Shown here: one piece after another, positions 1 through 14,600 of the stretch
Layout of the letters: the number at the start of each line of letters is the position of its first letter
How positions within the stretch are numbered: position 1 is the stretch's first letter
Assembly (NCBI GenBank): GCA_016748015.1
Contig: JAAOMT010000129.1
Coordinates: 62,001-126,000, forward strand
Length of the DNA stretch: 64,000 nucleotides
Direction of reading: 5' to 3'
Source: Geosiphon pyriformis uo1
Taxonomy: Eukaryota; Fungi; Glomeromycota
Translations under genes and position numbers: made by a program
Notes under the pieces: generated by a model
The model's input: the letters and a program-made list of their open reading frames with translations, nothing else
Database searches by the model: none
What the model was told of the DNA's origin: nothing

Positions 1-3000
1 ACTTAAATACTTGAAGCATTATTATTGTTCAAAGACATTTAATAGCTTATTAAAAAATTGAACTTATTATTAGTCTCATTATGTAAAAATTTGGCAATTT
101 TTAATATTAACAATTCCAATTTATAAAACTTAAAAGATTTTTTGGTGAAAATACCATCAAAACTCTTAAACTATTTTTTTTTAAACACCTTATTGGCTGA
201 TAAACTTACTATTTTATGAATAATATTTCATATTATATTTATATTTAAAAAATTTTTAGATGCAGCAAACTCATTAAAAAACATAGCAGCATTGGTCATT
301 ATAGTATTCTTAAATTTGTTTTATTTTATATTATTAGTATTTTTAAAATTAAACTTTTAATAGTTTCTATTTGTCAGCTTATAAAAAAAATTCAAATATA
401 TATTCAACAAATTACCCAAACTTACAAAAACAAAGACTGCTTAATAATTAGTGTTAAAGTGTTCTTTAATATTCAAAACATTATAATTTACTATTATTAA
501 TCAAATTTGAAAAGACAAATATAAAATCAATTGTTTTTTCAGCATTCCTAAAATTATTTTATGTTAAGATTAACACAACCAAACTTCTTGTCAAAGAATT
601 AACCAGTTCCAAATTAAGGCACTTTTTGAAGCTAGCACATTTACAAAAACCATTTTTATTGAAATTACCTTTCAAAATCACAAATAAAATTTTGTTTATA
701 GCTTTAGCAATTAGTAAATTGACTTCTTCAGTTTAATCCAAGCATGTTATCAGAATGGTATCAGTATACAGTTCCAAAATCAATACAGAAAGTTTATTCT
801 TGAAAAGCAGCTTAATAAACAAAAGCTTATTAGCAACTTCTAAAATCTTGTACATATGTCTTATTAAATTAATATTTATAATAATTATGACATCAAAACC
901 CAAGTAATCAAACTTCAAACCAAATGTAAACACTTAAATACTATTAAACTTGTTTATAATTTATAGACAAACTTTATTTTTTAATTTTGTCTCAGTAATA
1001 ATAAGAATTAAATTGTTTATTTTTTTATGTTAACAAATAATATTTTTTTACTTAGCAAAGTTGTTTATACTTCTAATAATACACATGGCAATTTTCCAAA
1101 TTAAATCAGTTATTGTTGAAAAATAATGTCCAAACTCAAACTTTTGTTATCTATTTTGGCCAACAGATCTATAACTATATTTGATAAATTGTCTATTTTT
1201 TCTTTGGATTTTTTGATGACTGATGAATCCAAAATTTCTGTCTAAGTAATAGTCTTATCATTAGTGGCTACATCCAAATTTTTACTTATTACTATATTTG
1301 CTCCTTGATTCTGTAATAAAAAGGTCATCAATGATTAATATCCAGAATTAAACTAAGAAACTATTAGTTTGAGTACATTCAACTTTTTAGCCAGCTTACT
1401 AACTTGCTTTGCAAGGCTGTCAAAATTGCATTCAAGAACAGCAAACCTATTACTTACTTCCAAAAAAACCAGTGAGAAAATTTTAATATTTAAAAATGAA
1501 CCAGTATTAAAAGAAACCAAAAATATCATGTAAAAAGTGGAATCAACAAAAATTTAAATCCAAGTTTTTTTTATTGAATAAAACTAAACAAACAATTAAT
1601 GCTTGTTTTTTTTTATATATATTTGCCAAACAAATTTGATCCTAAAAAATGATCACTTATCTATTACAATTACCTAAATTTTTACTTATTAAATACATAT
1701 TAGAAACATAATTAAATTGTTTATACTAAGTATAACAGACCAAAAAAAGACCAGCTCAATGTAAATTCACACTCTTAAAAACTGAAGTAGAACTAACAGC
1801 AGTCTTTTTAGAAGCTTTGTTAGTAAAATAAACAACAGCATATTTGTTATGTTCATATATGCTCAGATTATAACCAATAAAACAAGTCTTTTTATCATAT
1901 GACACTAATACTTCAGAAAAATTATGAGCAATAGTGTCAATTAGCAAAATATACAATAAAACTTAATAAAGATTTTTGAATACCCACAACTGTTTATTAT
2001 TAACTACCAAAGTCATATGCACAAAATTTTTTTTCATGAAAACTAACCAATTAGAAACAACCAAACTAACAATATCTAATGATTTAAATTCTACTAATGT
2101 CTTTTGTTAAAAACTAATGAATTGTATTTTAATAGATACAATCTTGTCAAATTTAAAGAACACCAATTTCACAATTGATTTGGGAAGATTTACTGAGATT
2201 TTTTTAACAATTATTTTTCAATCTGTATGATTGTTTGTTTTTTTATATTATTATTCACTATAATTTTTTTACAAATTACCAATTTTTTTGCTTTATTTAA
2301 ACTTAATTTTAATGTAAAAGATAATCTGATAATTCTTGAAAATTTTAAAAAAGTAGATGCTTTTCTAAAACCATTAATATAATAAAAAATATTTTTTACT
2401 ACAATTAATTTATTACCATTAATTTTGTTAGATACAATAAACAACTCAATATTTAATGTAAACAACCTTGTTAAATTAAAACTCCATTTTTCCGAAACAC
2501 ATAATCTAACTAATAAAAGTTGTTTAAAGCCATTAAACTTAGATAATAGAAGCATTAAAATGTTTTTGTTATCACTTAAATTCACAAATAAAAAAGTTTT
2601 TGGTAATTAATCTAACATATATGTTTAAATACAAGTTTTTTGTAATATAATATTATTCATATTATTATAAACCACCAAATTATTTGAATCTGCATAATTA
2701 GTTTTTTTGGTGACCATAATTTTTATATTTTTTACATTTAATAAACTACTAATACTACTGGTTTTATTATCAATTTTGCTTTTTCAAAATATTATAGACT
2801 TTTTACTAAAGACACTAATATCTTTAAGATTTAAAAAACCAGCAGATAAGTTAATCATACTAATATTCACATTAAATTTTTTTGGTTTTTTATAAGATAT
2901 ACTATGGAAGTAAATACTCTTTGTGTATTTTTTTTAGCATTTAAATAAGTCTCCAAACCAGTTAAATCTGAATTAGAACTATTAACAGAAAAAATTACTA

Positions 3001-3140
3001 GTTTTATTATAATAAAAAAAGATAAGTTGAAAGAAATAACCAAAAAAACACAAAAAAAAAAGAAGAAAAAACAAATTAATTCTTTGATAATTTTTTATTC
3101 TTATTATAATTAAAAAATTAACAAGAAAAAAAATTTAATT
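1..3140 (-). mobile_element. LINE copy A, heavily decayed (ORF1 and APE endonuclease part of ORF2; continues off the left edge)
   Basis: Fragments such as HMYKILEVANKLLFIKLLFKNKLSVLIL (733-933) match the APE domain of copies B/C/F. The decayed ORF2 start (ATA ACT GAT TTA ATT TGG AAA) is at ~1113. ORF1 remnants lie at 1756-2585. The 5' boundary is approximate. Confidence 0.8.
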
Positions 3141-3305
3141 ATTTTTTTTCCAAAATTTGTAATTTTTTTATTTTTTTTTATTCTGCATTTATTAAGTGAA
3201 GCCCAACTGTTATCTAGTACATAGAGCCAAACTAAGTGACCCAAACTAAATGCAATTTATGCACTTACTACATATGGCTAGCCACTCAGGCCAGTTAAGG
3301 CAACA

Positions 3306-6300
3306 CTACACACCTATATTAACACTAATAACACCACCTAGACCAGAAAAAAAACTGCACAGCAAATGATGACCAAAGCTAACAGTGAATAATTCAACCA
3401 CACCAAGCATTCTAACCACTCTATTCAACAATATAAAAGAAACATCACGAGACAGACCAGAAACAACCCCACCATCAGCAACCAAACCAGCCTTCTCTAT
3501 CTGCACTCTGTGCTTAGATCTCACTAACCATGCCTTTACATGATATAAATCAGCTACAAATCTAACAAAACTGACAACCTTACCAATAGCCTGCTTCTTA
3601 TCCTCAAATACACCCTGAGCTTCCTTGCACTATTCATTCAGCATGAAGCTTTTACACACAATAGAATACAAATCTACATCCAGAGAACAGGTAGACAACA
3701 TCTGCAAAACAGCTGAAGATAATGAGCCACAAAGACCTGTTACCAAAACCCAATGAGTAGAAGCCTCAACCAGAACCTCATTACAAATAACAACATCCCG
3801 AGGGCACATAAAAGCATGGTCAGAAAATTCCACTCCACCCCACAGCAGGCACAATACACCAGGATAACCCCTATCATACAGTTTTTTCCGAACAGCTACC
3901 AGAAGGCATTTGTGCACAGCTTTTATTAAATATAAGTGCAAATTCGAAGTTTTCCAACCAGTGAACTCAGCAAGCATATGAGAGTCTGGATGCCAAACCT
4001 TCGTAGTAGAAATCCAGTCTACACACTCAACAAGGTCAACAGGTATTACACCCACACCAGGCCCAGCCTCCCAGTAAACACAATTAATAGATTGAAAAAT
4101 GTCCCTTACAAAGTGGCGGGCATTGCCAGAGATTGCTGTGTTTTCAGCCACCAAATAATGTTTATGAACCCCAGCCAACAAAGAGAAGGGAGATTGAACA
4201 GCATCTCCAGCCGCCAAATCAGCCTTGACATTACCCGAAATGCCAGAATAACTCTTAACCTTAACCCAGACCACCTTGAGATCCTTTTCTCTAACCAAAT
4301 TAAAAATATGGTGTCTCTCCAACCAGCACCAATTATGAAAATCAGGCATGGCACAAAACAACTCCGACAAGCAGGTATTAATAGCAGCTTGGCTATCAGT
4401 ATGCAAAATTACTTGACAAGAAGAAGGTACACACTCAAGAGCCAACACAACAGCCTGCAACTCAGCCAGAGTAGAGAACAGTAAACCACCAACCACAACA
4501 CCAACACTTCTATCCAAAACCAGAAAATATGCAGCAGCACAAGCAGCATCAATTGAGCCAGCATTTCTCAAAGATCCATCAGTATATACTTCAAAGCAAC
4601 TAGACCAGATATCATGCAACTCATTTTTTACCAAAGAAAACACTTCAGAATCTAAAACATTCATATCAACAGACTGAACAAAACCAGCAGAACTGGAAGC
4701 AGAAAAGCCCTGAACCAACATAAACTCAAATACGACTGAGAACCAGTAAGACATGGGGCCCTGTGAGTCCAACCTCTTCCAACAACGAAAGGTCTTCCAA
4801 TCTAGCACATGGCCTCTCTTATCCAAAATCTGATCACCAAAAGCAACCCCAAAACATTTCAGAGAGCGAACAGAATTAAAATACTCAGAACTACCTAGAA
4901 TTAACAAAAGTGGAAAATGACCTGGACTGCAAAAGACATTGGGAAAGTTGTTAGCCAAAGAAAGTTCATTACTCAAAAAAATCTTCACAATCTCAGCCAA
5001 AAAGTTGTTGACTGGACTAACACACAACTTGATAGGAAACTGCAAAGGATCCAGAGGAGCTCAGCCAAGAACCTGCAAGTTTAAAAACCTATGATCAAAC
5101 AAATGCCCAAGGACCTCAGAGACATTAGAAAAAGATACCAAAACAGCAATCTTCTCTTCAGATTGCACTTGTTCAAAAGTCTTCAAGCCATACAAAAAAA
5201 GATGATGTAAGACAGCATCCAGAAAATCACAAGACAAACCAGCTTTGAACTTAAGACTCTTCCTAACCATGACATCCCATTTGCGACAAACACCAGATAA
5301 AACAAAACTAAACTGAGTCCAGTAACTAACAATAGGCTGCAAGACAGCTGAGACCAAATACAAGAACTGCTTATCTGTGATAGCCTTCCTGAGCATGACG
5401 TTGACAAAAAAATGAACATCAGAATGAGCTTTGGATACACTAGATTTAGACAAGCCCTCTGTTGACAAGAAGATACTCAGATAACAATGAGCTTTGCCCT
5501 TTTTAGCAATCAAAATTGGCTGACCACAAATACTCAGAGAGACAACTCTAACACCTTAGTTAATAGAAATAGCCACCATCTTATTATTATTAATAGAAAT
5601 ATCATTGATTTTGAGGAACTTACTGGCAATGTTCAGAGCATACTAAGTGAAGACCTGACAATTTCCAATCCAAATCATATCATCGATGAATGCACCAGCT
5701 GCCAAGTAAGATGTCATCCCATCCACACCTTCAACTCTGTCCATCTTCGCAACAAACTTAGAATCAACACAGTATCCACACAAATGCTCGTGTTGTTTCA
5801 CTTCGCATAAGAGTAGATCATAGAAAATTCTCCACAAGAGAGGCGAAAAAACTTTACCCTGGTCCAATCCATCATGTACACTATAGTCATCTGACAAGCC
5901 AAAATCAGTCATCACTCTGTTAACCCTATCCTTGTGAATGTTTCCAAAAAACCCAATAAACCTCTCACATATTTTGATGCACCACAGACTAGCTTTCAAG
6001 TAAAGCCAACCAACAGAATCATATGCCTTCCACATATTCTGCAAAACCAACCAAATTTTCCTATTCTTTTCAAAAGCATTCTCCACAACTAAACCAACCG
6101 CAAACACTGAAGATTGCATAGAAGTACCACAGAGCACTGAAAAATTATCACCCCAAAGAACACCAAACTTACTACAAGCCAAAGAGATGTAATCAGACAA
6201 AATCTTAGACAAAATCTTTCTGGCAGTCTCAATCAAAGCAATAGATTGAGTATTAGTAAGAACTCCATTCCAATCATAAGGCTTAAGGATCATTGAGACT

Positions 6301-7993
6301 CATGCCCTCTTCCACAAAGCAGGCACCATGCCAACAGATAGACACACATTCAGCAACACCAAAAAGCATTCCAACACCTCACCACAATCATGTTTCCAAA
6401 GTTTATTGGGAATGCCAAACAAGCCAGCAGCTTTGTTATCAGACAGGCTATTAGTAACTGAAAGCAATTCACCCATGCTAATTACATTCATTACATTAGA
6501 AAAGACATCATCTCTAATATAGTTTAAAGATACATACTGACAAGCCCAAAGATTAAGCAGTACCATAAGCATCACATGCTTCTGTGTCCAACCCTCCATA
6601 ATCTTGTCAACACTTAACTTAACCTCTTTCGGCTCCAATATCAACTCATCATTAACCACCAAGTAATCCAACACCATCTTTCGAAATGGCTGATCCAGAA
6701 CACTCCTAATTATACTCCCCTTGTCCAAGCAAAATTGTTCTATATGCCTCTCAATAGCCTTTTTGATAGTAGCCTCTTGCAACAACTTTGACTTAGACAT
6801 CTTGAATTTTCTGTACTCCTTTCTGACGAGTGACAAATAACTAAGAAGGTTCTCCACTTTTTGGCCACCACAAACCATGTCCTCCAAAATGAGAGCTTTA
6901 CCAGCATCCAGAGCTGACCATTTTTTCACAAATTAATCAAAACCAGAAGTATCAGTAGAGGTCAGGTATTTGACTATCTTGGCAACCAGCAACTTTAAAT
7001 CCAGGAACCTAGAAGAATGTTTATTTTTTGAGCACTGAAAATCACAGAACCAATGTCTGGAAAATATTTCATCTGCAGAATCCACCACCATTTTTTCCAG
7101 CAAAAACCACATAGCATCCAATCAAGACTAGTAGCAGTGCCAAGAAACCTCCGCTTTACCTCCAATATCTTAGCAGAAGAACATTTCTTAAAATGAGACC
7201 ATCCAGCACCATCAGCATCCTTGATCTTAAACTTCCAATGGTTCTTGTTGGCTTGCTTACGCAAACCATTCAGCCAAACATCTAAGAGCCCATCCAGACC
7301 AACTGATATCATGACAGATTTGTGATCTGTATTAAAGAAATCAGAAACAGAATTGACACAATACTTCACAACAGCAGAAGATAGAGTCCCACTAACAAGA
7401 ATAAAATCAATTGTTTTCTCCACCCCCCTAGAATTGCTCCATGTAGCCGTTTTGACCAAAGAGTGTCCAGCAAAAGAATTGACTAAACCCAAACCCAAAC
7501 AGAACTTAAAACTCACATTCCTCTCAGAATTATTCTTGTTGAAATCACCACTCAGAATGACAAAAGTGCTGGAGTTAACAGTCTTAGCAATAAGAGAATT
7601 CATTACAAGAGTCTGAGCAAACCTAGTCTTAAGAGAAGCACCAGCATACAAATCCAGAATTGTAACCGAAAGCTTGCCTTTAAATAAAAGCCAAATCGAA
7701 ATCAAACAACCAAAAACCTCCTCAATTTTAGAAACATGGTGAACCAAAAAGTTGTTCATGATCACAGCAACGCCAACACCGAAATAATCAATATCCAACC
7801 CAGAAGTAAAAATCCAAACCCCATCAAATTTGTCTCTGATTCATGATCCAGAAAAAGATCTTAATTTTATCTTAGCAACAAAGGAAACCATATTTCCAGA
7901 ACTCACATGCCAATGGACTATATCTGCTTGTTTTGCAGGGACATTTATACCCCGAACGTTGCACGTAGCTAATTTTCAGACTAGATCACTCAT
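3306..7993 (-). pseudogene. LINE B ORF2: APE endonuclease - reverse transcriptase - RNase H - C-terminal Zn finger
   Basis: APE motifs ATCNVRG, SGDFN, IDFI and TDH. RT motifs SIALIETARKILSKIL, GLDQGKVFSPLLW and AFIDD. RNase H motifs YTDGS, AELQA, TDSQ and SGISGNVKAD. C-terminal CLLW..DHAFMC. Many premature stops. Confidence 0.9.
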
Positions 7994-9831
7994 TGGGATG
8001 AAGGAGGTAAGGACGAGTCTAAACCAGAACACAAAAGATTCAATCTCACCAGGATTGAACCGAATGAAGCTTCTAGAGCAGACAATTTGGATTCCAAACT
8101 GCCTATCTTGGAGGTAAAAACTTTAGAACCACTCAAACTAAGACCAGCAGCAGACTTATTACTACCAGAAAGAGGAGAAATAGATGGAGCCAACATATCA
8201 TCCAGAGCCATATCTAAATCCACAACCAGAGCTAAAGGCACTGAACCAGCCATAAAAGAAGCACAAAAAGTGGATGCCAAAGGCACCAGATCAACAAAAC
8301 TCAATTTCTTAAGAATAACAAAAACCTGATCCAAAAGAATTTCCAAAGAACGCTTCAAAACTGCCAAACAATCACCCAAACCATCGACCTGAGGACCAGA
8401 AGAACCAAAAGAGAGAGGTGTACCACCAGAAAGCGAACCAGAATCAAAAGGGAAGCAAGAGACACCACTTGAGCCCACAATTTTCCGCCAAAAGCAGCAG
8501 AACAAGAGATAGGAATATTTTTTTTTGCATACAACCTGGCTAACTAAAGACAATCAAAACCAGAAGCAGACTTTTTAAACGAATTTGGGAGGCCAGAAAA
8601 TGACTCAACCAATGCATCACACTCCAGAGTAGAATGGCCAAAATGCTCACACTTCTCACACCAAACCAAATCCAACCTAGCTCATGAGAGACGCATCCCA
8701 CCGAAAATAGGCTCAGTGAGAAAAGCAGATTCCAACTTCTTATTAGATTTAAAGCCAACTACAGCACAACAAAATTTATTGCCAGTTTCCAATGAATGAT
8801 TGATGATGCAAGTTTTTCCGTCAGTCTTTTTCAAAAGAGTACCAAGATCATATGCAGTCATTTCTACTGGCAAAATAAACAACAGTGCCCTGAACTAATC
8901 TCTTAATGCCCAGATATTGCAATCTCCTGCTGCTTTGGCAACATGTACTGAATCTTTCTCGATCAGAAATGACCATTTTGAAACCAACAGATTGGCTTGA
9001 CTCGATTTGGCAAACTCCATCACAGTCTTTTACCACATTCCAATTAATTGAATTTTGATCGACTTAATTTGCCCAAACTCAGAGACTGCGACAATGATCA
9101 TATTCCTAGGTGTGTCCATGGGAATTTTCTTAATTACTATGGCCCAATCTAAATGAAATCCTTGTTTCCTAAGATCATTGTTTATGCTGATTCCATTTTT
9201 GCCAACCAATAAAACAGTCTTTTTTATGCTTTCCTCTGATGTAAACATTGATCTGATAATCCCTTCAAATTTTGAGGGGGTAGTGGTCCTCCCAAAACCA
9301 TTGATTTTTGAAAAAATTTTTCTGACAAACTGAGTTTTTTGCATAGCCAATTTCCTTTCCACAGCCAAAAAATTGATGTCTAAAGCAAATAATTTCTTAA
9401 CCAACATTTCTACAGGAGTTTTGATGATCTTGGAATCAATCCAAATCTTCTCCAAAGGAATCTTTTTCCTAAGAGAGGGGTGGAAGAGACTTCACCTCTT
9501 CATCCATTTCAAAGTCAGGAGAACTAAAATTCACACCAGTATTCATTTGTTTAGCCTTGAGAGTATTAACAGCCGAGTTCAAGAGAAAACCATTAAAACC
9601 ACCAGACATACTAATATTTTTATCATCACCAGATAGGCTCTCCATATCAGAACATACACTAGCACCAGAACCAGACTTTAAAGAGATATCTTTTTCATCA
9701 CCAGAGTGTTTAACATTTTCAAGAGAAGCTTTCTTTTTTTGTGAAAAGGAACCACCAGCAGAACCGTGAAACATGCCTTTAGGAGCCTTCTTACTAGACA
9801 TGCTGCCACTAGAGATAGTCTCCAAATCCAC
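7990..9831 (-). pseudogene. LINE B ORF1 (gag-like: RRM-like region, CCHC knuckle, C-terminal coiled coils)
   Basis: Colinear fragments at 9469-9831, 9030-9455, 8682-8882 and 7990-8553. A CEKCEHFGHSTLEC knuckle lies near 8615-8660. Homologous to ORF1 of copy D. Confidence 0.85.
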
Positions 9832-10827
9832 GACAAAAGGGTTGTTAGTTAAAGAAATGTTGATATATTATTAACAAGAAAAACAAAAAACTTTTTTTCT
9901 CAGAAAAGTGCTTGTTGGGGTTTTTTGGAGGTAAAAGAGAAAAAAAGTCATATGTATCTTCACTCCAAAATTTGTAATTATTATATTAAACAATAAATTA
10001 TTAAAAATAAGTAACAAAAATTAGAATTATAAAAGATGATATAATTAATTATTTATATAAACTTGGTTTTTTTTAGATAAACTTAATTTGTAATAAAAAA
10101 ATATAAATAAACAAAAGTAATTTTTTTTAAAGAAATATATATTTATATCATACTTTAAAATATAACTTGATCAAAAAAATACCAAATATTTTAAATTTTA
10201 AACCAAGTAGTAAAATACATAAAAATTTTTAAGATTATTAATCTTATTTGTATATTAATTAAAAATCTAATTTTTGTTATTTAATTAAATATATAATATT
10301 TAATTAATAATAATTAGATTATAATAATTAAATAAAATCGAAAAAATATATTATTTTAAACAAAATATGTTTATTTTTTAAATAAACTGCCAATTTTTAA
10401 TATTTAACAATGCTTTTTTTTGGTCATTATATATTATTATTTTTTTATAGTTATAATAAAACAAAGAATTAATTTTATTAATAAAAATATAAACTTGATT
10501 ATTTGTAATTATAAACATTAATTAATATAAATTTACTTAATAATTTTATAGTTTTAAATAATTTTTTTATTTCTTTTATTATTAAAGGCTTATATATACT
10601 ATTTGTAAAAAAATAACAATGGCAAAAATAAAAAATGTTAATATTTTAGATATTTGTTTTATTAAATACTCTAATAATAACAAAAATAATTTTTTTAATT
10701 AAAAATTCATATATATATTTTTTTTAATTAATAATTATTTACATAATAATATTATCTATTTACTCAAAACTTAAATTTTAAGAATTTATAATTATAATAT
10801 CTATATGATTAATAATACTTTTTATAG

Positions 10828-11576
10828 TATTATTTATATAAAAAAACAAAAAATAATAATAATATAAATAACTAATAGCAAAATAAAAAATTATTAAAGC
10901 ATATTATATTAAAAATTCCAAAAATACCAGTAAAAATTTTAAAAATACCAAGAATTTTAATAATAATTTAAAAAATTTCAAGAATATTATATTATAAAAA
11001 TTTATGTATATATAATAAAAACAATAAAAATCAAAAAAACAGAATATTTTAAAACCAAACAAGTTTACTTAGAGATTAATTTAGTTTTTTACAATTATTT
11101 TAATCAAACTATAATTATTTTAATAAATATATTAATTAATTATATCCAAATTTATTAATTTATAAATTTAAACTTAATTTATTAAAATTTAATTTTACTT
11201 ATATTAATATTATTAGTATTAATAAAATTAATTTAACAATATTAAAATAATAACTTTTAATTATGATTATTAATAAAATATTAATTTATTACTTTTTTTG
11301 TTTGTTTGTTTGTTTTATTTTATTAATTGATTAAAAAAAGCATTAAAATTATAATATCAAGAATTATTTAATAATAAATACCAAAAAAAGTGTAAATATA
11401 ATCATAAAAATTAAAATTACTTATTAAAAGAATATAAACATTAAAAAAATTATATTAAATTTTTATAAAAAACTCTCAAACCAAAACTTTTAAAAACTTT
11501 TAAATTATAACAGTAACTAATCTAAATATTAAATTACAAAACAACTAATTTACCAAAAAATTCACTTATAATAACA
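10828..11576 (+). mobile_element. Very decayed solo LTR, related to the 15518-16380 LTR family
   Basis: Colinear similarity to the reverse complement of 15518-16380: TTATGTATATA box, AAAAAACAGA, a T-rich tract followed by AATTGATTAAA, CCAAAAC..AAAC, and a terminal TCAC.TATA..ACA. No convincing TSD. Confidence 0.55.
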
Positions 11577-11608
11577 AGTAAAAAAAGTTATTAATAGTAA
11601 AAATAAAA

Positions 11609-14600
11609 TAAAAAACATTAAAAACTTATTTCTTTTGTTTATCTCAAATTCTCAAAAAAAAGTCTAATAGTTTTTAAAAGAAGTCTTTTTTACTATTTAG
11701 TATGATAAAACCAAACTGTTTTTTGATTTTGAAACCACTATTGGCTTTAGCATTGCTGTTATGAAGAAGGTTATTAAAAATTCTGGCTCTGGTAAGGGTT
11801 TTAAACCTGTCTTATTGAGGAAAAAAAAGAAAGATGTTGTTTTGAAGAAGGGTATTAGAGATGAAGAAAAGTTTATTAAGGTGCCAAATGGTTGTTTATG
11901 AGGTTCTGAGACTGGTGATACTACTGAGTCTAATAGCATTGATATGAAGAAAAAGTGTCTGATAGAAAAGACCAGTTTTGACTATGATGAAAGTGATATT
12001 CTTGCTAATGGAAATCTTGAACAAATGTCTAAAGGACCAGATATTAAAACCAAGAAAACATTGAACAAGCATTAAGGAAGATTGATTTTTTAGGTCATAA
12101 TGTTGATAATGATATTCTCTCAAATGCCCCTTTGAAACTTCTTCCTTTCTTAAAGAATTTGGTTAAAGTTTCTGTTAGAAAATTTTTTACTTTAAATATT
12201 AGATTAAATAAAATGGTTAGCAAAACATCTTAAGAAAAATGTGTCATTGTTAGGAAGTTATTTTCAAAAATCAATAGTTTTAGGGGAGTGTCTACCCTCT
12301 CAAAATTCTCAGAAATTATCAGAGTGATATTTAACTCCAAATTGGGTCTAATAAATGCTACCAAAAAGGCTATCAGTGCAAATATCATAGTAAATACCAA
12401 TCTCAAAAAATCTATTAAGTGTTTAAATCGGGCTGTAGTGTTAAAAAAAATTTTTGTTGGTACATTAGCTGAAGCTGTACATGCTGTGCTGTTTGAATTT
12501 GGTTCAATTAGGTCAATCAAAATGTAGTTGGTAAGATTATGGCAGAAGGCTGTAGTTGAGTTTGACCAATCAGATCAAGCTGATTTGATTGCAACTAGAT
12601 GGTTCATCCTGATTGAAAAAGATGTGATGCATGTGACTAGATCAGATTTAGACAAAAAGACATAAAACATAAGAGATTATCATAAAGCACTGCTCTATAT
12701 TCTACCAATAAGAACAAATGCTTATAACATCTGAGATTTTATTGGTTTTGTGAATGAGAAAACTTATGTAATCAATTGTCATTCTGTTACTTATACTTGG
12801 ACCAGGTGTACTATTGTTTGTTTTGACTTAACTGATTTATTGAATGCTGCCATAAATATCACTCTAGTGTTAAGGAATGCTTGTTTTCATTGGTTTTGTC
12901 TAGTTTTAGCTAAGTGCACCAAGTATGAGAATTTAGGTCACACATCATTGAACTGTGCCACTGGTGAGAAACTTCCCTTCAATAACCTCCCACACAAAGT
13001 TTTCTCTAATGCTAATAAAAGCAGACTGGCTGCTATTTATGTTAAATGTTCAGCTTCTATTGTTCATCCAGTCTTTTTTGATGGTATCTTTTGGGCAAAG
13101 ATTGTTAGTAGATCTTTCACTCTTTTTCTCTGTACACAATGGTCTTTTGGACTCTAGCTCTTCTTCGGAGATGAAGCCTGTCCTTCTGGCTACAAATAAC
13201 ATTGAAGTAAGATTTATGATTTTGGAATGCAGTCTTGTCAGCCTTATGGAACAAATTAGTAAGTTGGCTAAGAGATTAAAATCACTTGTGTTGGCAGTTT
13301 TCCAGCCTAGTCTTGGATGTCAGCTACCAGTAACCCCCTCATTGCAGAATTATGTAAGTAATATAGTGATAAAAAAGAGCTTGGGTGAGGCCATTAGTGG
13401 CAAAACTGCTGAAATTTTAGGTTCATCAGCCTTTTTTAAAGCTGTTAAGTTTGAAGCTATGCTGGAAGGTCTCTCTGTTTTAGTGCTAAGTTTGTTGATT
13501 TGTCTTGATAATTTGGTTTTGGCTGGTGGCATGTTCTCTTGACCCACTTCTTAATGAGTAATCTAATTTGGAAAATTGCTACTTGTAATATCAGAGGAAT
13601 GAACAATCCTACAAAACAGGATGATGTCATTTATTGGCACAAAAACATGGACAATCTAATTTCTATTTTTATAGAATCAAAGCTAAAGAAGAAGATTTGT
13701 CTCTGAATTGTTAACAAATTTAATGGCATGTGAGTATTTACTTCTGGTTTGGAATCTGGTTATCTGGGTGCTAGTGTTGTAATTGTCATGAACTCTTCTT
13801 TAGCAAAACACATGTGCAAAGTTTCTGAGGTACCTGGTCAGCTCCTATCTATTAAATTGCTTTTTAAGAACAAACTTTCTGTGTTAATTTTGGGGCTTTA
13901 TGTTGGGGTGTCCCTGATTGTTCATTTTTCTCAGGCTAATGATATTAATTCTATGATTGTGAAGGCAATTAATAAATTCTCTTTTGTCATCTTGGGTGAT
14001 AATTTCAATAAAAATGATTTCACCAAGTGTGTTAGTTTCAGAAGGTGTTTTGATTTGGGTTTGGTTGACTTATTGAGTAGGAGCTTGTTTGCGAAGATGC
14101 TAACTTGAAACAATTCTTAGGGTGTGGCTAAAACAATTAACTATGTGTTTGTTTCTTCAAATTTGGTCAATACAGTGATAGATCATAGTGTGGCCAATGT
14201 TAGAGGCTATTTTAATATTGATCACAAAGCTGTTTCTGTATCTTTGGGTGTAGATAAATTACTAAACATGAGATTGAATTTTTTTTACAAACAAGCAAAC
14301 AAAAATCATTGAAAATTCAACTTTAAGGGTGCAAGTGTTAACAAATAGGTTAAATTCAGAGAAGATTTGGTGACTAATACTGTTATGTTCTTTGGAGATT
14401 TTATAGAGTCTAAGAGGCTTATAGACTTGAATGCAATGTGGGATACTATCCATAAGGTGATATGCCTATCAGCTAAAGAGGTCTTTAAAAAAAGTGTTTC
14501 AAAAATTATGATTGTGTTTTTACTAGGGAGTTGTTTAGGTTTTATAGACTTGAACTTTTGGTTTTTAAAATTGTTAAAGCTTCTTAACTGGCTTTTTATG

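Larger units (their letters stand above)
3165..9963 (-). mobile_element. LINE copy B, full length (~6.8 kb), uninterrupted, with poly(A) tail and 16-bp TSD
   Basis: TCCAAAATTTGTAATT is duplicated at 3149-3164 and 9964-9979. A T-run (poly-A on the minus strand) starts at 3165. ORF1 and ORF2 are present in order. Confidence 0.93.

Noticed and set aside
3936-9769. Plus-strand ORFs over LINE B (and similar ORFs over D and F)
   Set aside because: They are antisense shadows of LINE coding sequence with no recognisable domains.
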